Below are positions 8,791 through 18,013 of a stretch of DNA of 36,869 bases, one piece after another; position 1 is the stretch's first letter, and the number at the start of each line of letters is the position of its first letter. Both the position numbers and the translations under genes were made by a program. Origin of the DNA: an uncultured Clostridia bacterium (GTDB lineage: Bacteria > Bacillota > Clostridia > TANB77 > CAG-508). The stretch spans positions 1 to 36,869 of the forward strand of contig CANQZP010000003.1 of the NCBI GenBank assembly GCA_947628395.1, written 5' to 3'. A model generated the notes under the pieces. It saw only the letters and a program-made list of their open reading frames with translations. It was not told the DNA's origin and made no database searches.

Positions 8791-11121
8791 TTATTTTTTA
8801 TTATTATTTAGATTATATGTTATTGCATTTTCGTTGTCGAAGAAGTATTTCATATCTGTTGTATTGTATTTTATTGGTCCATCATCTTCATTTAATTCTG
8901 GATGAAATCTTGGTTTTAGTATAGATTTTTTATTGTTTTCATCATTAGAAGAATTTTCATCAGCGAATTTTGCAAAATTGAATTTTTTAGGATTATGTTT
9001 TTCTTTATATTTTGATTCTAAGAAATCTAATTTTCCTTTACCTACTAGACTCTTTCCTTTTAAATCTTTAGTTTTATAAATAATTGCTTTGAATTTTTGA
9101 GATTGTACTTTTCCAGCCTTGAAGTTAGGTTTAAAAGCATAGTCTATTATACTAAGTTCTTTTTTGTATTCGCCTTTTTCAGTATCATAAGTTTGATTAA
9201 ATTTCCATTCTTTCTTTTCACCAAATTCTTTTTCCCACCATTCATTATCTTCTGGAGTATTGTTTCCAAATACTATTTTAGTAGTACAGTTTGCCATAAT
9301 TGTTTGTCTATAATTTTCTTTATTATTTACTCCGAATTGAGATAAGTTTTGAGCTGATATTATTGTTCCTACACGATATTTTCTAAAGATTGTAAATATA
9401 TCTTCAGTAGCTTTACATACAAATGGAGGAAATTCATCTATATATAAGAAATGAGGTATTCTAGTTTTTTCATTTCCTGGTCTTGAGATAACTGCATGTT
9501 GGAATAATAATAAAACAAATAGTCCAAATGCTTTATTTACTGCTGCTCCAACATCTCCACGTCTTGTGCATATTAATGTAATTTCTCCATCTGAAAGAGA
9601 TTTATCAAAATTTATATTGTTTGTTCTATTACAAAGAATATTTCTTATTCCTGGAAATCTTAATAAGTTTTCCAATTGTGAACTTGCAGCTTGAAGAGCT
9701 TTTTCGGTATCTTCACGTCCACGAGAACCTGCATAGAAATTATTTTTGAAATATGTAAGTAAAATATTATATTTTTCACTAATTTCAGGATATTGTTTTA
9801 GTTTCTCACAAAATTGTTCTACTATATCAAAATTATTAAGCATCATAAGCAAATCTTCTAAGTTAGGTAATAAACCATTATGAGATTTTGGATATACTTC
9901 TTTTAATAATAGTGATAAGTTTTCTATTGCTTGCGAAGTAATATTTTGCATAAATGCTTCTTCAGCTGTTACTTCATTTGTTTCATACATTCTTTTTAAA
10001 ACTGCTGAAATTGCTATAGAAGTTTTTACCGGATCTTCGAATGCGAAAGGATTTAAACCTATACTTTTTACATTGTTTGGATCAACCAAATTATATTTAA
10101 AACCATAATTTTCAGCTACTTCTATAATATGTGAAACTGATTCATAATCTGGTGCAATATATGTAAGTCCAAGGTTTCTAAATATTCTTTTTCCACCTGC
10201 TTGAGAATAAATTATATCTTTTAAATATAAGTCAAATAGTTTTTCTTTATTTGTATTTATAGTCAGCATATTTAAAGAGAAATTTTCGTTTAGATATTCA
10301 TTTGAATAAGGAGTATTTAATGTAGCTAATCCAGTTTTTAATGCTGTAAATCCTAATTCTTTAGAAGCTTCGTGAAGAAAGAATTTTTTCTCTATATCTC
10401 TAGCTATCATTGGTTCAAATGCCATTGTAGTTTTTCCTGAACCTGATACACCAACAATTAAAGTTGATTCGAATCTTCTAGTTTCAGGGGTCTTTATAGT
10501 TTTTCCTGTTTCGCCATCTTTACATATAAACATTTCACATGTATATGGTCCAGTTCCTTCTTTATTATTATTTATATCTATTCCACCATAATCTGCGATA
10601 GAATCCACTTGGTCTTTAGTATCAAGAATATTTCTATATAAAAGTTTAAAGAATGGATAAAAGGTAATTAGTGGAAGGTAACATGCTATTGCTGTAAAAG
10701 CTGGTTTTATTAAATCTGAAAATTGTGAAATTATTCCTTGATAATTAGGTAAGAAGAATATTGCTATCCAACATATTTTATTTATCCATTGTACTAACAT
10801 TGATATTGTTATAATATATAATGCTATACAGTACATAACAAATAATGATACTTTCTTTTTGTCATCTGTAGCGAATTTTGAGCTTCCAGATAAAAGAAAT
10901 GCAAACACTGGGCAGGCAAGTGCAAATGTGTACATAAATGGCCCCCAATAGTTTACTGAAATTCCAGAGAAGCACATGAATAGTATTTCTACAATTCTAT
11001 CTATACAAAAATAAAATGAAAACAGAGTAAGTACATATGTAAAGAATGTGTTTCTATCTGTTTTTAATATTTTCAAAAATTTATCTATATATTTTAATAT
11101 GAAATTTCCAATTACTTTCAA
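8791..11121 (-). CDS. VirD4/TraG-TraD-like coupling ATPase with N-terminal TM segments
   Basis: About 4 N-terminal TMs, Walker A GVSGSGKT, LNPF motif, Walker B FLYIDEF, FRKYRVGTIISAQNLSQ, TIMANCTTKIVFG. Confidence 0.8.
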   Translation of the reverse strand: MKVIGNFILKYIDKFLKILKTDRNTFFTYVLTLFSFYFCIDRIVEILFMCFSGISVNYWGPFMYTFALACPVFAFLLSGSSKFATDDKKKVSLFVMYCIALYIITISMLVQWINKICWIAIFFLPNYQGIISQFSDLIKPAFTAIACYLPLITFYPFFKLLYRNILDTKDQVDSIADYGGIDINNNKEGTGPYTCEMFICKDGETGKTIKTPETRRFESTLIVGVSGSGKTTMAFEPMIARDIEKKFFLHEASKELGFTALKTGLATLNTPYSNEYLNENFSLNMLTINTNKEKLFDLYLKDIIYSQAGGKRIFRNLGLTYIAPDYESVSHIIEVAENYGFKYNLVDPNNVKSIGLNPFAFEDPVKTSIAISAVLKRMYETNEVTAEEAFMQNITSQAIENLSLLLKEVYPKSHNGLLPNLEDLLMMLNNFDIVEQFCEKLKQYPEISEKYNILLTYFKNNFYAGSRGREDTEKALQAASSQLENLLRFPGIRNILCNRTNNINFDKSLSDGEITLICTRRGDVGAAVNKAFGLFVLLLFQHAVISRPGNEKTRIPHFLYIDEFPPFVCKATEDIFTIFRKYRVGTIISAQNLSQFGVNNKENYRQTIMANCTTKIVFGNNTPEDNEWWEKEFGEKKEWKFNQTYDTEKGEYKKELSIIDYAFKPNFKAGKVQSQKFKAIIYKTKDLKGKSLVGKGKLDFLESKYKEKHNPKKFNFAKFADENSSNDENNKKSILKPRFHPELNEDDGPIKYNTTDMKYFFDNENAITYNLNNNKK

Positions 11122-11283
11122 ATCATCACCACTTTCTAAAAAAAGTTTCTCTTTATATATTATCCTATAAATTCGGTAAAATTACAATACTTTTTGTGAA
11201 AATATGTAGAAATTTATTTTTATAAAATAAATTCTAAAATAAGTGTATTGGACATATGATAAAGTAAATATTTATAAAAGTAC

Positions 11284-11312
11284 TTGAAAAGTATTGTAAT
11301 AAAAAATATAAT
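11284..11312 (+). promoter_or_regulatory. Sigma-A promoter
   Basis: TTGAAA-17 bp-TATAAT upstream of the ATG at 11345. Confidence 0.65.
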
Positions 11313-11344
11313 ATTTGCTATAAACATGGAAAGGAAAATTTATT

Positions 11345-12979
11345 ATGCGTACAAAGGCTAAGAAGAGAAGCTTTAGTAAAGAGTCATTTATGCAGGGAAT
11401 TTTGGCTCTCATGTTTTCTCAGGTTTTAATAAAGATTTTAGGTTTATTATATAGTTTATATTTGACAAATAGAGAAGGTTTTAAGGATGCTGGAAATGCG
11501 ATATATATGGCAGGATATCAGATTTATGCACTGCTACTTGCAATATCTTCTATAGGAGTTCCTAATGCTATTTCAAAGCTTATTTCTGAAAAATTAGCTG
11601 TAGGAGATAATAGGGGAGCTCATAGAATTTTTAAAATTTCTTTTGCTACTTTTGCAGTAATTGGACTTACTGGTACATTACTTCTTTTCTTTGGTGCTGG
11701 TTTTATAGCTTCTAAGTGGCTTGAAATTCCAGAAGCAGAAAATACTTTAAGGGTTCTTTCTCCTGCAATATTTTTTGTTTCTATTTCTTCAGTTTTAAGA
11801 GGATATTTTAATGGTAGAGAAAAAATGTCTGCAACTGCTAATTCACAAACTTTTGAGCAATTACTTAAAACTGTTTTAACAATTACTTTAGTAGAAATAG
11901 CTGCGTTTGTTACTAGCACTAATACTGCACTTATGGCTGCAGCTGCTACTGTAGCTACTAGTTTGGCTACTTTATTTAGTTTCATATATTTATTTAGATA
12001 TTATAAAATAGCTATTAAAGATGTTAAATTATCAAATGATGAAGGAGTAAAAACTGAAAGAGGTAGTGTAAAGAGTATTATAAAGAAGATTTTAGCAGTA
12101 TCTATTCCTATTTCTATAACTTCACTATTATCATCTGTAAATAAAAATGTAGATTCTTTTACTGTTGTACGTTTTTTAAAGCCTATGATAGGAGAGGCTG
12201 CTGCTAAAGCAAAATATGGGATACTTAGTGCTAAAGTAGATATTTTGACATCAATGCCACTTGCTTTTAATGTAGCTTTTGCTACAGCTCTAGTTCCAGC
12301 TATAGCAGGGGCAATGGCAAAAAAAGATGTGGAAACTGTTAATAAGAGATTATCTTTTTCACTTCTTCTTACTATTTTAATAGGGCTTCCTTGTACTGTT
12401 GGAATGTGCATTTTCTCAGATGGAATTTTAAAATTGCTATTTCCAATGGCAAGTGATGGGGGAGTTTTACTAGCAATATCTGCTATAGCGATTATCTTTA
12501 CAGCTTTAGCTCAAACTATAAATGGTGCACTTCAAGGACTTGGAAAGGTAAAAACACCAGCTGTTGCATTTGCTGTTGGTGTTATTATAAAAATTATTTG
12601 TAATATTGTACTTATTCCTAATAGAATGTTTATGGAAAATGGGGCAGCTATTGGATCTATACTTTGTAATGTAGCTTCTTTTTTAATTGCTTATGTTGTT
12701 CTTAGAAAAACTGTAAAATTAGAGTTTAGTCTTACTTCACTTATGATTAAACCTGTTATTGTAACAGCTTTTATGGGAGTAATTTCTTATGCAGCATTTG
12801 TTCTTATGTGTTCATTTATTTCTGCAAGATTAGCAACTTTAATTGCAATTGTTATTGCAGTATTTGTATATGTAATTCTTGTAATTTGTTTTAAAGTCTT
12901 TTCTAAAGAAGAGATTGAAATGCTTCCAAAAGGAGATAAAATATATAAATTTTTGAAAAAAATTAAAATATATGCATAA
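11345..12979 (+). CDS. MOP-superfamily flippase (SpoVB/YabM/MurJ-like polysaccharide biosynthesis protein)
   Basis: SFMQGILALM..IKILGLLY, GVPNAISKLISE, LRGYFNG, ALQGLGK; about 14 TMs; located upstream of hup as in clostridial yabM loci. Confidence 0.85.
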   Translation: MRTKAKKRSFSKESFMQGILALMFSQVLIKILGLLYSLYLTNREGFKDAGNAIYMAGYQIYALLLAISSIGVPNAISKLISEKLAVGDNRGAHRIFKISFATFAVIGLTGTLLLFFGAGFIASKWLEIPEAENTLRVLSPAIFFVSISSVLRGYFNGREKMSATANSQTFEQLLKTVLTITLVEIAAFVTSTNTALMAAAATVATSLATLFSFIYLFRYYKIAIKDVKLSNDEGVKTERGSVKSIIKKILAVSIPISITSLLSSVNKNVDSFTVVRFLKPMIGEAAAKAKYGILSAKVDILTSMPLAFNVAFATALVPAIAGAMAKKDVETVNKRLSFSLLLTILIGLPCTVGMCIFSDGILKLLFPMASDGGVLLAISAIAIIFTALAQTINGALQGLGKVKTPAVAFAVGVIIKIICNIVLIPNRMFMENGAAIGSILCNVASFLIAYVVLRKTVKLEFSLTSLMIKPVIVTAFMGVISYAAFVLMCSFISARLATLIAIVIAVFVYVILVICFKVFSKEEIEMLPKGDKIYKFLKKIKIYA

Positions 12980-13161
12980 CTTTGAAACCACTGGAAATAC
13001 TGAAGTTTAGAAAACTGATTTTCTAAAGCCTTAGAGAAATAAGAAAAAAATAAAAAAAAAGAAGGATTTTAGCTTAATTTGGCGAATAATCTTATTGTAG
13101 ATGAAATCTAACAATATATAACATCTACATAAATTTAACAAAATCTATAGGAGGTAAAAAA

Positions 13162-13437
13162 ATGAACAAAGCTGAATTAATCGCAGCAGTAGCTGCACAA
13201 ACAGGAGACACTAAAAAAGGTGCTGAAGCAACTATAAACGCATTTATCGATGTTGTTACAGGTGCATTAAAAAAAGGAGATAAAGTTCAATTAGTTGGAT
13301 TTGGTTCTTTTGAAGTTAGAAAAAGAGCAGCTAGAAAAGGAAGAAACCCACAAACTAAAGAAGAAATTAAAATACCTGCATCAAAAGCTCCAGTATTCAA
13401 AGCTGGTAAAGCTTTAAAAGACGTTGTAAATAAATAA
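13162..13437 (+). CDS. hup: DNA-binding protein HU
   Basis: [11 protein letters not shown]...[24 protein letters not shown]...[11 protein letters not shown]; RBS AGGAGG. Confidence 0.97.
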   Translation: MNKAELIAAVAAQTGDTKKGAEATINAFIDVVTGALKKGDKVQLVGFGSFEVRKRAARKGRNPQTKEEIKIPASKAPVFKAGKALKDVVNK

Positions 13438-13466
13438 GAATAAATATATATTTATGAATTCATATA

Positions 13467-13495
13467 AAAAGTCATAGCAAAAGCTATGGCTTTTT
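13467..13495 (+). terminator. Intrinsic terminator of hup
   Basis: aaaagtcatagc-aaaa-gctatggcttttt. Confidence 0.75.
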
Positions 13496-13517
13496 ACTAT
13501 GGTGTTTTCTTTAGGTT

Positions 13518-13553
13518 AAAAAAGAAAGCCCCCCACCATAAGGACGGTGGGGG
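13518..13553 (-). terminator. Intrinsic terminator of the orphan gene 13561-13920
   Basis: cccccacc-ataaggac-ggtggggg hairpin with an A-rich tract on its left (U-tract on the minus strand). Confidence 0.7.
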
Positions 13554-13560
13554 AAAGGTT

Positions 13561-13920
13561 TTAATGATAGGCGACAGCTATTTCGACCAATTTACCATCT
13601 TTACTAGTTTTAAAGCTAGCTGGTGGAAATTTTTTTTCCAATCTTTTCATTTCTTCGAAGATTTGGAGATCGATAAAAACTGGATCTATAATCTTAAAAG
13701 TATATGAGACTATGTCACCATACATTTCTTCAATCATCCTTTCAATCATAAAAATGTAGGCTAATGCCTCCTTAGTGGTTGATACAGCGGTTTGGAAGAC
13801 TATAGAAGTTTTTATAACTGTAGTATCGCCTAGTAGTGAAGCAATGCTTTCTGTCATTTTAGCATCGTTCACCCGTGCATTAAAATAGATACTGATGTTA
13901 CAACTGTTGTTTTTCTTCAT
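13561..13920 (-). CDS. Hypothetical protein (119 aa) containing an in-frame CGG at codon 16
   Basis: Strong RBS TAAGGAGGT upstream of the ATG and its own terminator; no recognisable family. Confidence 0.65.
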   Translation of the reverse strand: MKKNNSCNISIYFNARVNDAKMTESIASLLGDTTVIKTSIVFQTAVSTTKEALAYIFMIERMIEEMYGDIVSYTFKIIDPVFIDLQIFEEMKRLEKKFPPASFKTSKDGKLVEIAVAYH

Positions 13921-14069
13921 TATGACTTAATACCTCCTTAAAATTGCGCTAAAAAGTTAGCACATTGTTGTAAAACAGTTACACAATTATTATATCATAT
14001 ATTATAAAAAAATGCAAAAAATACTTGAAACTGATTTAAAAAAGTGTTAATATAATAAATATTAAATCT

Positions 14070-14304
14070 AAAAACATTGATGGGGACAAGATAAATAAAG
14101 GTAAAACCTTATAAGAGAGCTGGTAGGTTGCTGAGATACCGGTAGGAGAATAGTTTATTTATTATCACCTCGGAGTTGATTATTTGAATTAAAAGTAGGG
14201 TAATCCGTGTGATTCTATGTTACAGAATTTTAGAGTGAATTTTAAAAAAAATTAATTTAGGTGGTACCGCGGAGCATTTCGTCCTATGGATGAGGTGCTT
14301 TTTT
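14070..14304 (+). promoter_or_regulatory. T-box riboswitch (Ile) leader of ileS
   Basis: Stem I with AGAGA and GCTGAG motifs, probable ATC specifier at 14164-14166, T-box AGGTGGTACCGCG at 14259-14271, terminator gagcatttcgtcc-tat-ggatgaggtgctt-tttt. Confidence 0.92.
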
Positions 14305-14405
14305 GTTTTTTTTACGTTTGCGCTAAAGGAATTTGTCAATTATATATGATTTTCTCATATTATTATTTTTTAATAATTTTGCCTAAATAAGTTGGGTCAA
14401 GGAGA

Positions 14406-14430
14406 GGGCAGAGTCAAGCCCTGCCCCTAC
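14406..14430. repeat. GTAG-REP-like unit in the ileS 5' UTR
   Basis: gggcagagtcaagccctgcccctac. Confidence 0.85.
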
Positions 14431-14506
14431 AATATAAAGAGAAATTTCAAGGAGCAAATTAAATAGAAAAATAAAAAAATATATATAAATAATAGGAGGT
14501 TATTTT

Positions 14507-17272
14507 ATGAGTGAGGAGAAGTTTGATTATGGTAAGACTTTGAATTTACCAAAGACTGATTTTCAAATGCGTGCTGGGCTTCCAGAAAAAGAGCCTAAAA
14601 TTTTAAAGGATGTTTTTGAAAATGATTTGTATGAAAAAATGCTTAAGAAGAATGAGGGAAAGGAACCTTTTGTTTTGCATGATGGTCCTCCTTATGCTAA
14701 TGGAGAGATTCATATAGGTCATGCTTTGAATAAGGTTTTAAAGGATACTATTGTTAGATATAAAAATTTAAAAGGATATTATACTCCTTTTATTCCTGGA
14801 TATGATACTCATGGTATGCCTACTGAGAAAAAGGCTATTCAATTACTTGGATTAAATCGTGATGAGATTCCTGTTACTAAGTTTAGAGATACTTGTAAGA
14901 ATTTTACTATGGAGTATAAAGATAAACAAACAGAAGGCTTTAAGAGATTAGGAGTTTTAGCTGATTGGAAAAATCCTTATATTACTTATCAACCTCAAAT
15001 GGAGGCTAAACAGATTGGTGTTTTTGCTGATATGTATAAGAAGGGATATATTTATAAAGGTTTAAAACCTGTTTATTGGTGTACTGATTGTGAGACTGCT
15101 TTGGCTGAGGCTGAGATAGAATATAAAAATGTAAATTCTAATACAGCTTACGTAAAATTTCCAGTAAGAGATTCAAATGGGTTGTTTGATGAGAAAAATA
15201 CTTATTTTGTAATTTGGACAACTACTCCTTGGACTTTACCTGGAAATACTGGTATTACTATTGGAGCTGATTTCGATTATAGTTTCGTTAAAGTTGGAAA
15301 TGAAAAACTTATTATTGCTTCTAGTTTAGTAGATGAAGTTATGAAAGTTGCTGAGATAGAAGATTACAAAGTAGTAGATGAAATTAAAGGTGAGAAATTA
15401 AATGGAGTTATTTGCAGACATCCTTTCTTAGATAGAGATTCAATAGTAGTTTTAGGTAGTGATGATACTGTTAAGGTTGAGCTTGATACTGGTACAGGTG
15501 CTGTTCATACTGCACCAAGTTATGGTAAAGAAGATTATTTGTGTGGATTAAAAAATGGCTTAGATATTATTGTTTGTGTTGATGGAAAAGGTCATCAGAC
15601 TGAAGGCGCTGGTCCTTTTGCAGGAATGTTTTATGCTAAATCTGATAAAGAAATAATTAAATGGCTAGATGAACATGGATTACTTTTAGCAAAACAAGTT
15701 GTTAATCACTCTTATCCTCATTGTTGGAGATGTAAAAATCCAATTATCTTCAGGGCTACTAGTCAATGGTTCGCTTCAGTTGATGGCTTTAGAAAAGAGT
15801 CTTTAGATGCAATAAAAACTGTTAAATGGTATCCTTCTTGGGGAGAAGAAAGAATTACTAAAATGATAGAAGATAGAAATGATTGGTGTATTTCTCGTCA
15901 AAGAACTTGGGGGGTTCCTATTCCAGTATTTTATTGTGAAGAGTGCGAAAAAGAGTATGTTACAGATGAGAGTTTGAAAAAGGTTCAAGAAATTTTTAAA
16001 GAAAAAGGTTCTAATGCTTGGTTTGATATGCCTGTAGAGGAATTATTACCAGAGAATGCTAAGTGTGAGTGTGGTAGTACTCATTTTAAGAAAGAAACTG
16101 ATATTATGGATGTTTGGTTTGATTCTGGTTCTACTCATGAATCTGTATTAGCTGAAAGAGGTTTGCCTGAAGCTAATCTTTACTTAGAAGGAAGTGATCA
16201 ATATAGAGGATGGTTCCAATCTTCTTTACTAACTTCAGTTGCTACAAAAGGTAAAGCTCCTTATAAAGAGGTTGTAACTCATGGTTATACTATTGATGAT
16301 CAAGGTAGAAAAATGTCTAAGTCTATAGGTAATGTTATTGCACCTCAAGAGATTGTAAATGAGTCTGGTGCTGATGTTCTAAGATTATGGGTATTGTCTT
16401 CTGATTATAAATCAGATGTTAGTGTTTCTAAAGGAATAATTAAGCAGGTAACTGAGGTTTATCGTAAGATAAGAAATACTGCTAGATATATTTTAGGAAA
16501 TACTTATGATTTCCCTGTTAATATTCCTACTCCTTATGAAGAATTAGAGGAGATTGATAAATGGGCTTTAACTAGACTTAATAAACTTATAAGAGATTGT
16601 GATACTGCTTATAATACTTATGAATTCCATAATGCTTATCAAGCTATTAATCAATTTTGTGTTACTGATATGAGTAATTTTTATTTAGATATTATTAAAG
16701 ATAGATTATATACATCAAAACCAGATTCTAAAGAGAGAAGATCTGCTCAGACTGCTATGTATGAGATTTTGCTTGCTTTAGTGAAAATTTTAGCTCCAAT
16801 GACTTGTTTTACTGCTGAGGAAATCTGGGCTCAAATGCCTCATAGAAAGGGTGAAGAGGTTGAGAGCGTAATGCTTACATTTTATCCAGAGCCTAATGAA
16901 AAATATGATGATGATGCTTTAAGTAAAAAATGGGATAAGATAATTAAGCTTAAAGAAGAGGTTTCTAAGAGATTAGAAGAAGCTAGAATGGAAAAAGTTA
17001 TTGGTCATTCTTTAAATGCTAAGGTTACTTTATTTGCTGAGGGAGATTTATATAAAAAATTAAATGATGAAAAAGATTTACTTAAGACTGTTTTTATTGT
17101 TTCAGATGTGATTGTTGAAAATAATAAAAGAGAAGAAGATAGTGATATTGGTATTAAGGTTGAAATGGCTGATGGTGAGAAGTGTGAGAGATGCTGGATG
17201 TATTCGGATACTGTGGGAAAGGATAAGGAGCATCCTACTATTTGCAAAAGATGTAGGGAAAATTTGAAATAA
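14507..17272 (+). CDS. ileS: Isoleucyl-tRNA synthetase
   Basis: LHDGPPYANGEIHIGH, WTTTPWTLP, DWCISRQRTWGVPIP, KMSKS, C-terminal CERCW zinc finger. Confidence 0.98.
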   Translation: MSEEKFDYGKTLNLPKTDFQMRAGLPEKEPKILKDVFENDLYEKMLKKNEGKEPFVLHDGPPYANGEIHIGHALNKVLKDTIVRYKNLKGYYTPFIPGYDTHGMPTEKKAIQLLGLNRDEIPVTKFRDTCKNFTMEYKDKQTEGFKRLGVLADWKNPYITYQPQMEAKQIGVFADMYKKGYIYKGLKPVYWCTDCETALAEAEIEYKNVNSNTAYVKFPVRDSNGLFDEKNTYFVIWTTTPWTLPGNTGITIGADFDYSFVKVGNEKLIIASSLVDEVMKVAEIEDYKVVDEIKGEKLNGVICRHPFLDRDSIVVLGSDDTVKVELDTGTGAVHTAPSYGKEDYLCGLKNGLDIIVCVDGKGHQTEGAGPFAGMFYAKSDKEIIKWLDEHGLLLAKQVVNHSYPHCWRCKNPIIFRATSQWFASVDGFRKESLDAIKTVKWYPSWGEERITKMIEDRNDWCISRQRTWGVPIPVFYCEECEKEYVTDESLKKVQEIFKEKGSNAWFDMPVEELLPENAKCECGSTHFKKETDIMDVWFDSGSTHESVLAERGLPEANLYLEGSDQYRGWFQSSLLTSVATKGKAPYKEVVTHGYTIDDQGRKMSKSIGNVIAPQEIVNESGADVLRLWVLSSDYKSDVSVSKGIIKQVTEVYRKIRNTARYILGNTYDFPVNIPTPYEELEEIDKWALTRLNKLIRDCDTAYNTYEFHNAYQAINQFCVTDMSNFYLDIIKDRLYTSKPDSKERRSAQTAMYEILLALVKILAPMTCFTAEEIWAQMPHRKGEEVESVMLTFYPEPNEKYDDDALSKKWDKIIKLKEEVSKRLEEARMEKVIGHSLNAKVTLFAEGDLYKKLNDEKDLLKTVFIVSDVIVENNKREEDSDIGIKVEMADGEKCERCWMYSDTVGKDKEHPTICKRCRENLK

Positions 17273-17301
17273 TTATATGTGCATGAAAAGCAGTAAGTAA
17301 A

Positions 17302-17563
17302 AGCAGTAAATAATTGATTTTTCATAGCCTTGCTGTTGTAAATTGAGTTTTTCAGACAGAGGGGACGGAGTTTTTGTCTAAGAATTGAAAATTCTTAGAC
17401 AAATAACTCCGTCCCCATGTCTGAAAGATGTAGGAAAAATTTGAAATATAATATCTTAAGGGCAGACACAAGGCCTGCCCCTACAACTCGACCTAGCGGT
17501 CTCGTTTGATTGTACACTCGGCTTCGAAAAAGCCAAATGTAGGGGCGAGGCTTGTCTCCGCCC
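17302..17563. repeat. Mosaic repeat cluster: partial inverted MITE-like end, GGGGACGG hairpin, two GTAG-REP units
   Basis: 17302-17340 resembles the reverse complement of the right end of the 34893-35087 element; long hairpin at 17350-17426; REP units at 17460-17484 and 17539-17563 in opposite orientation. Confidence 0.8.
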
Positions 17564-17624
17564 TTTTTGATTTTAAATAAATTCATATTATATAAAGATG
17601 TTTTATTTTATTTTAAAATAATGT

Positions 17625-17653
17625 TTGCATTTATATTTTTTATGTGTTACAAT
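17625..17653 (+). promoter_or_regulatory. Sigma-A promoter of secG-rnr
   Basis: TTGCAT-17 bp-TACAAT with an extended -10 TG. Confidence 0.65.
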
Positions 17654-17692
17654 AGAGAACATGAATAAAGACAATATTTGGAGGAAATAATT

Positions 17693-17947
17693 ATGATGAA
17701 TGGAATAGAAAATGTATTATATGTTGTTTATGCTGTTATTTGTGTAATAATTATAATTTTAACATTGATTCAGAAAAGTGAAGATGGAGGAGCTTCAGGT
17801 GCTATAATGGGTTCTTCTAGTTCAAATTTTTATGAGAAAAATAAGGGTAGAACTAAAGAGGGAAAATTAAAGAGAATGACAATTATATTTGGAATTATTT
17901 TTGTTATTTTGACTGTAGTTCTTACTATTTTTAGTTTGAAAAAATAA
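17693..17947 (+). CDS. secG: Preprotein translocase subunit SecG
   Basis: Two TMs flanking LIQKSEDGGASGAIMG...KNKGRTKEGKL; upstream of rnr; RBS GGAGG supports the ATG at 17693. Confidence 0.9.
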   Translation: MMNGIENVLYVVYAVICVIIIILTLIQKSEDGGASGAIMGSSSSNFYEKNKGRTKEGKLKRMTIIFGIIFVILTVVLTIFSLKK

Positions 17948-18013
17948 ATTATAATATACAAATTGGGGCAGATTTATTTTATCTGCCCTAATTTTATATA
18001 GAAAAGAGTTGTT

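Noticed and set aside
13486-13707. 73-aa plus-strand ORF after hup
   Set aside because: Starts inside the hup terminator and overlaps the better-supported minus-strand gene and its terminator.
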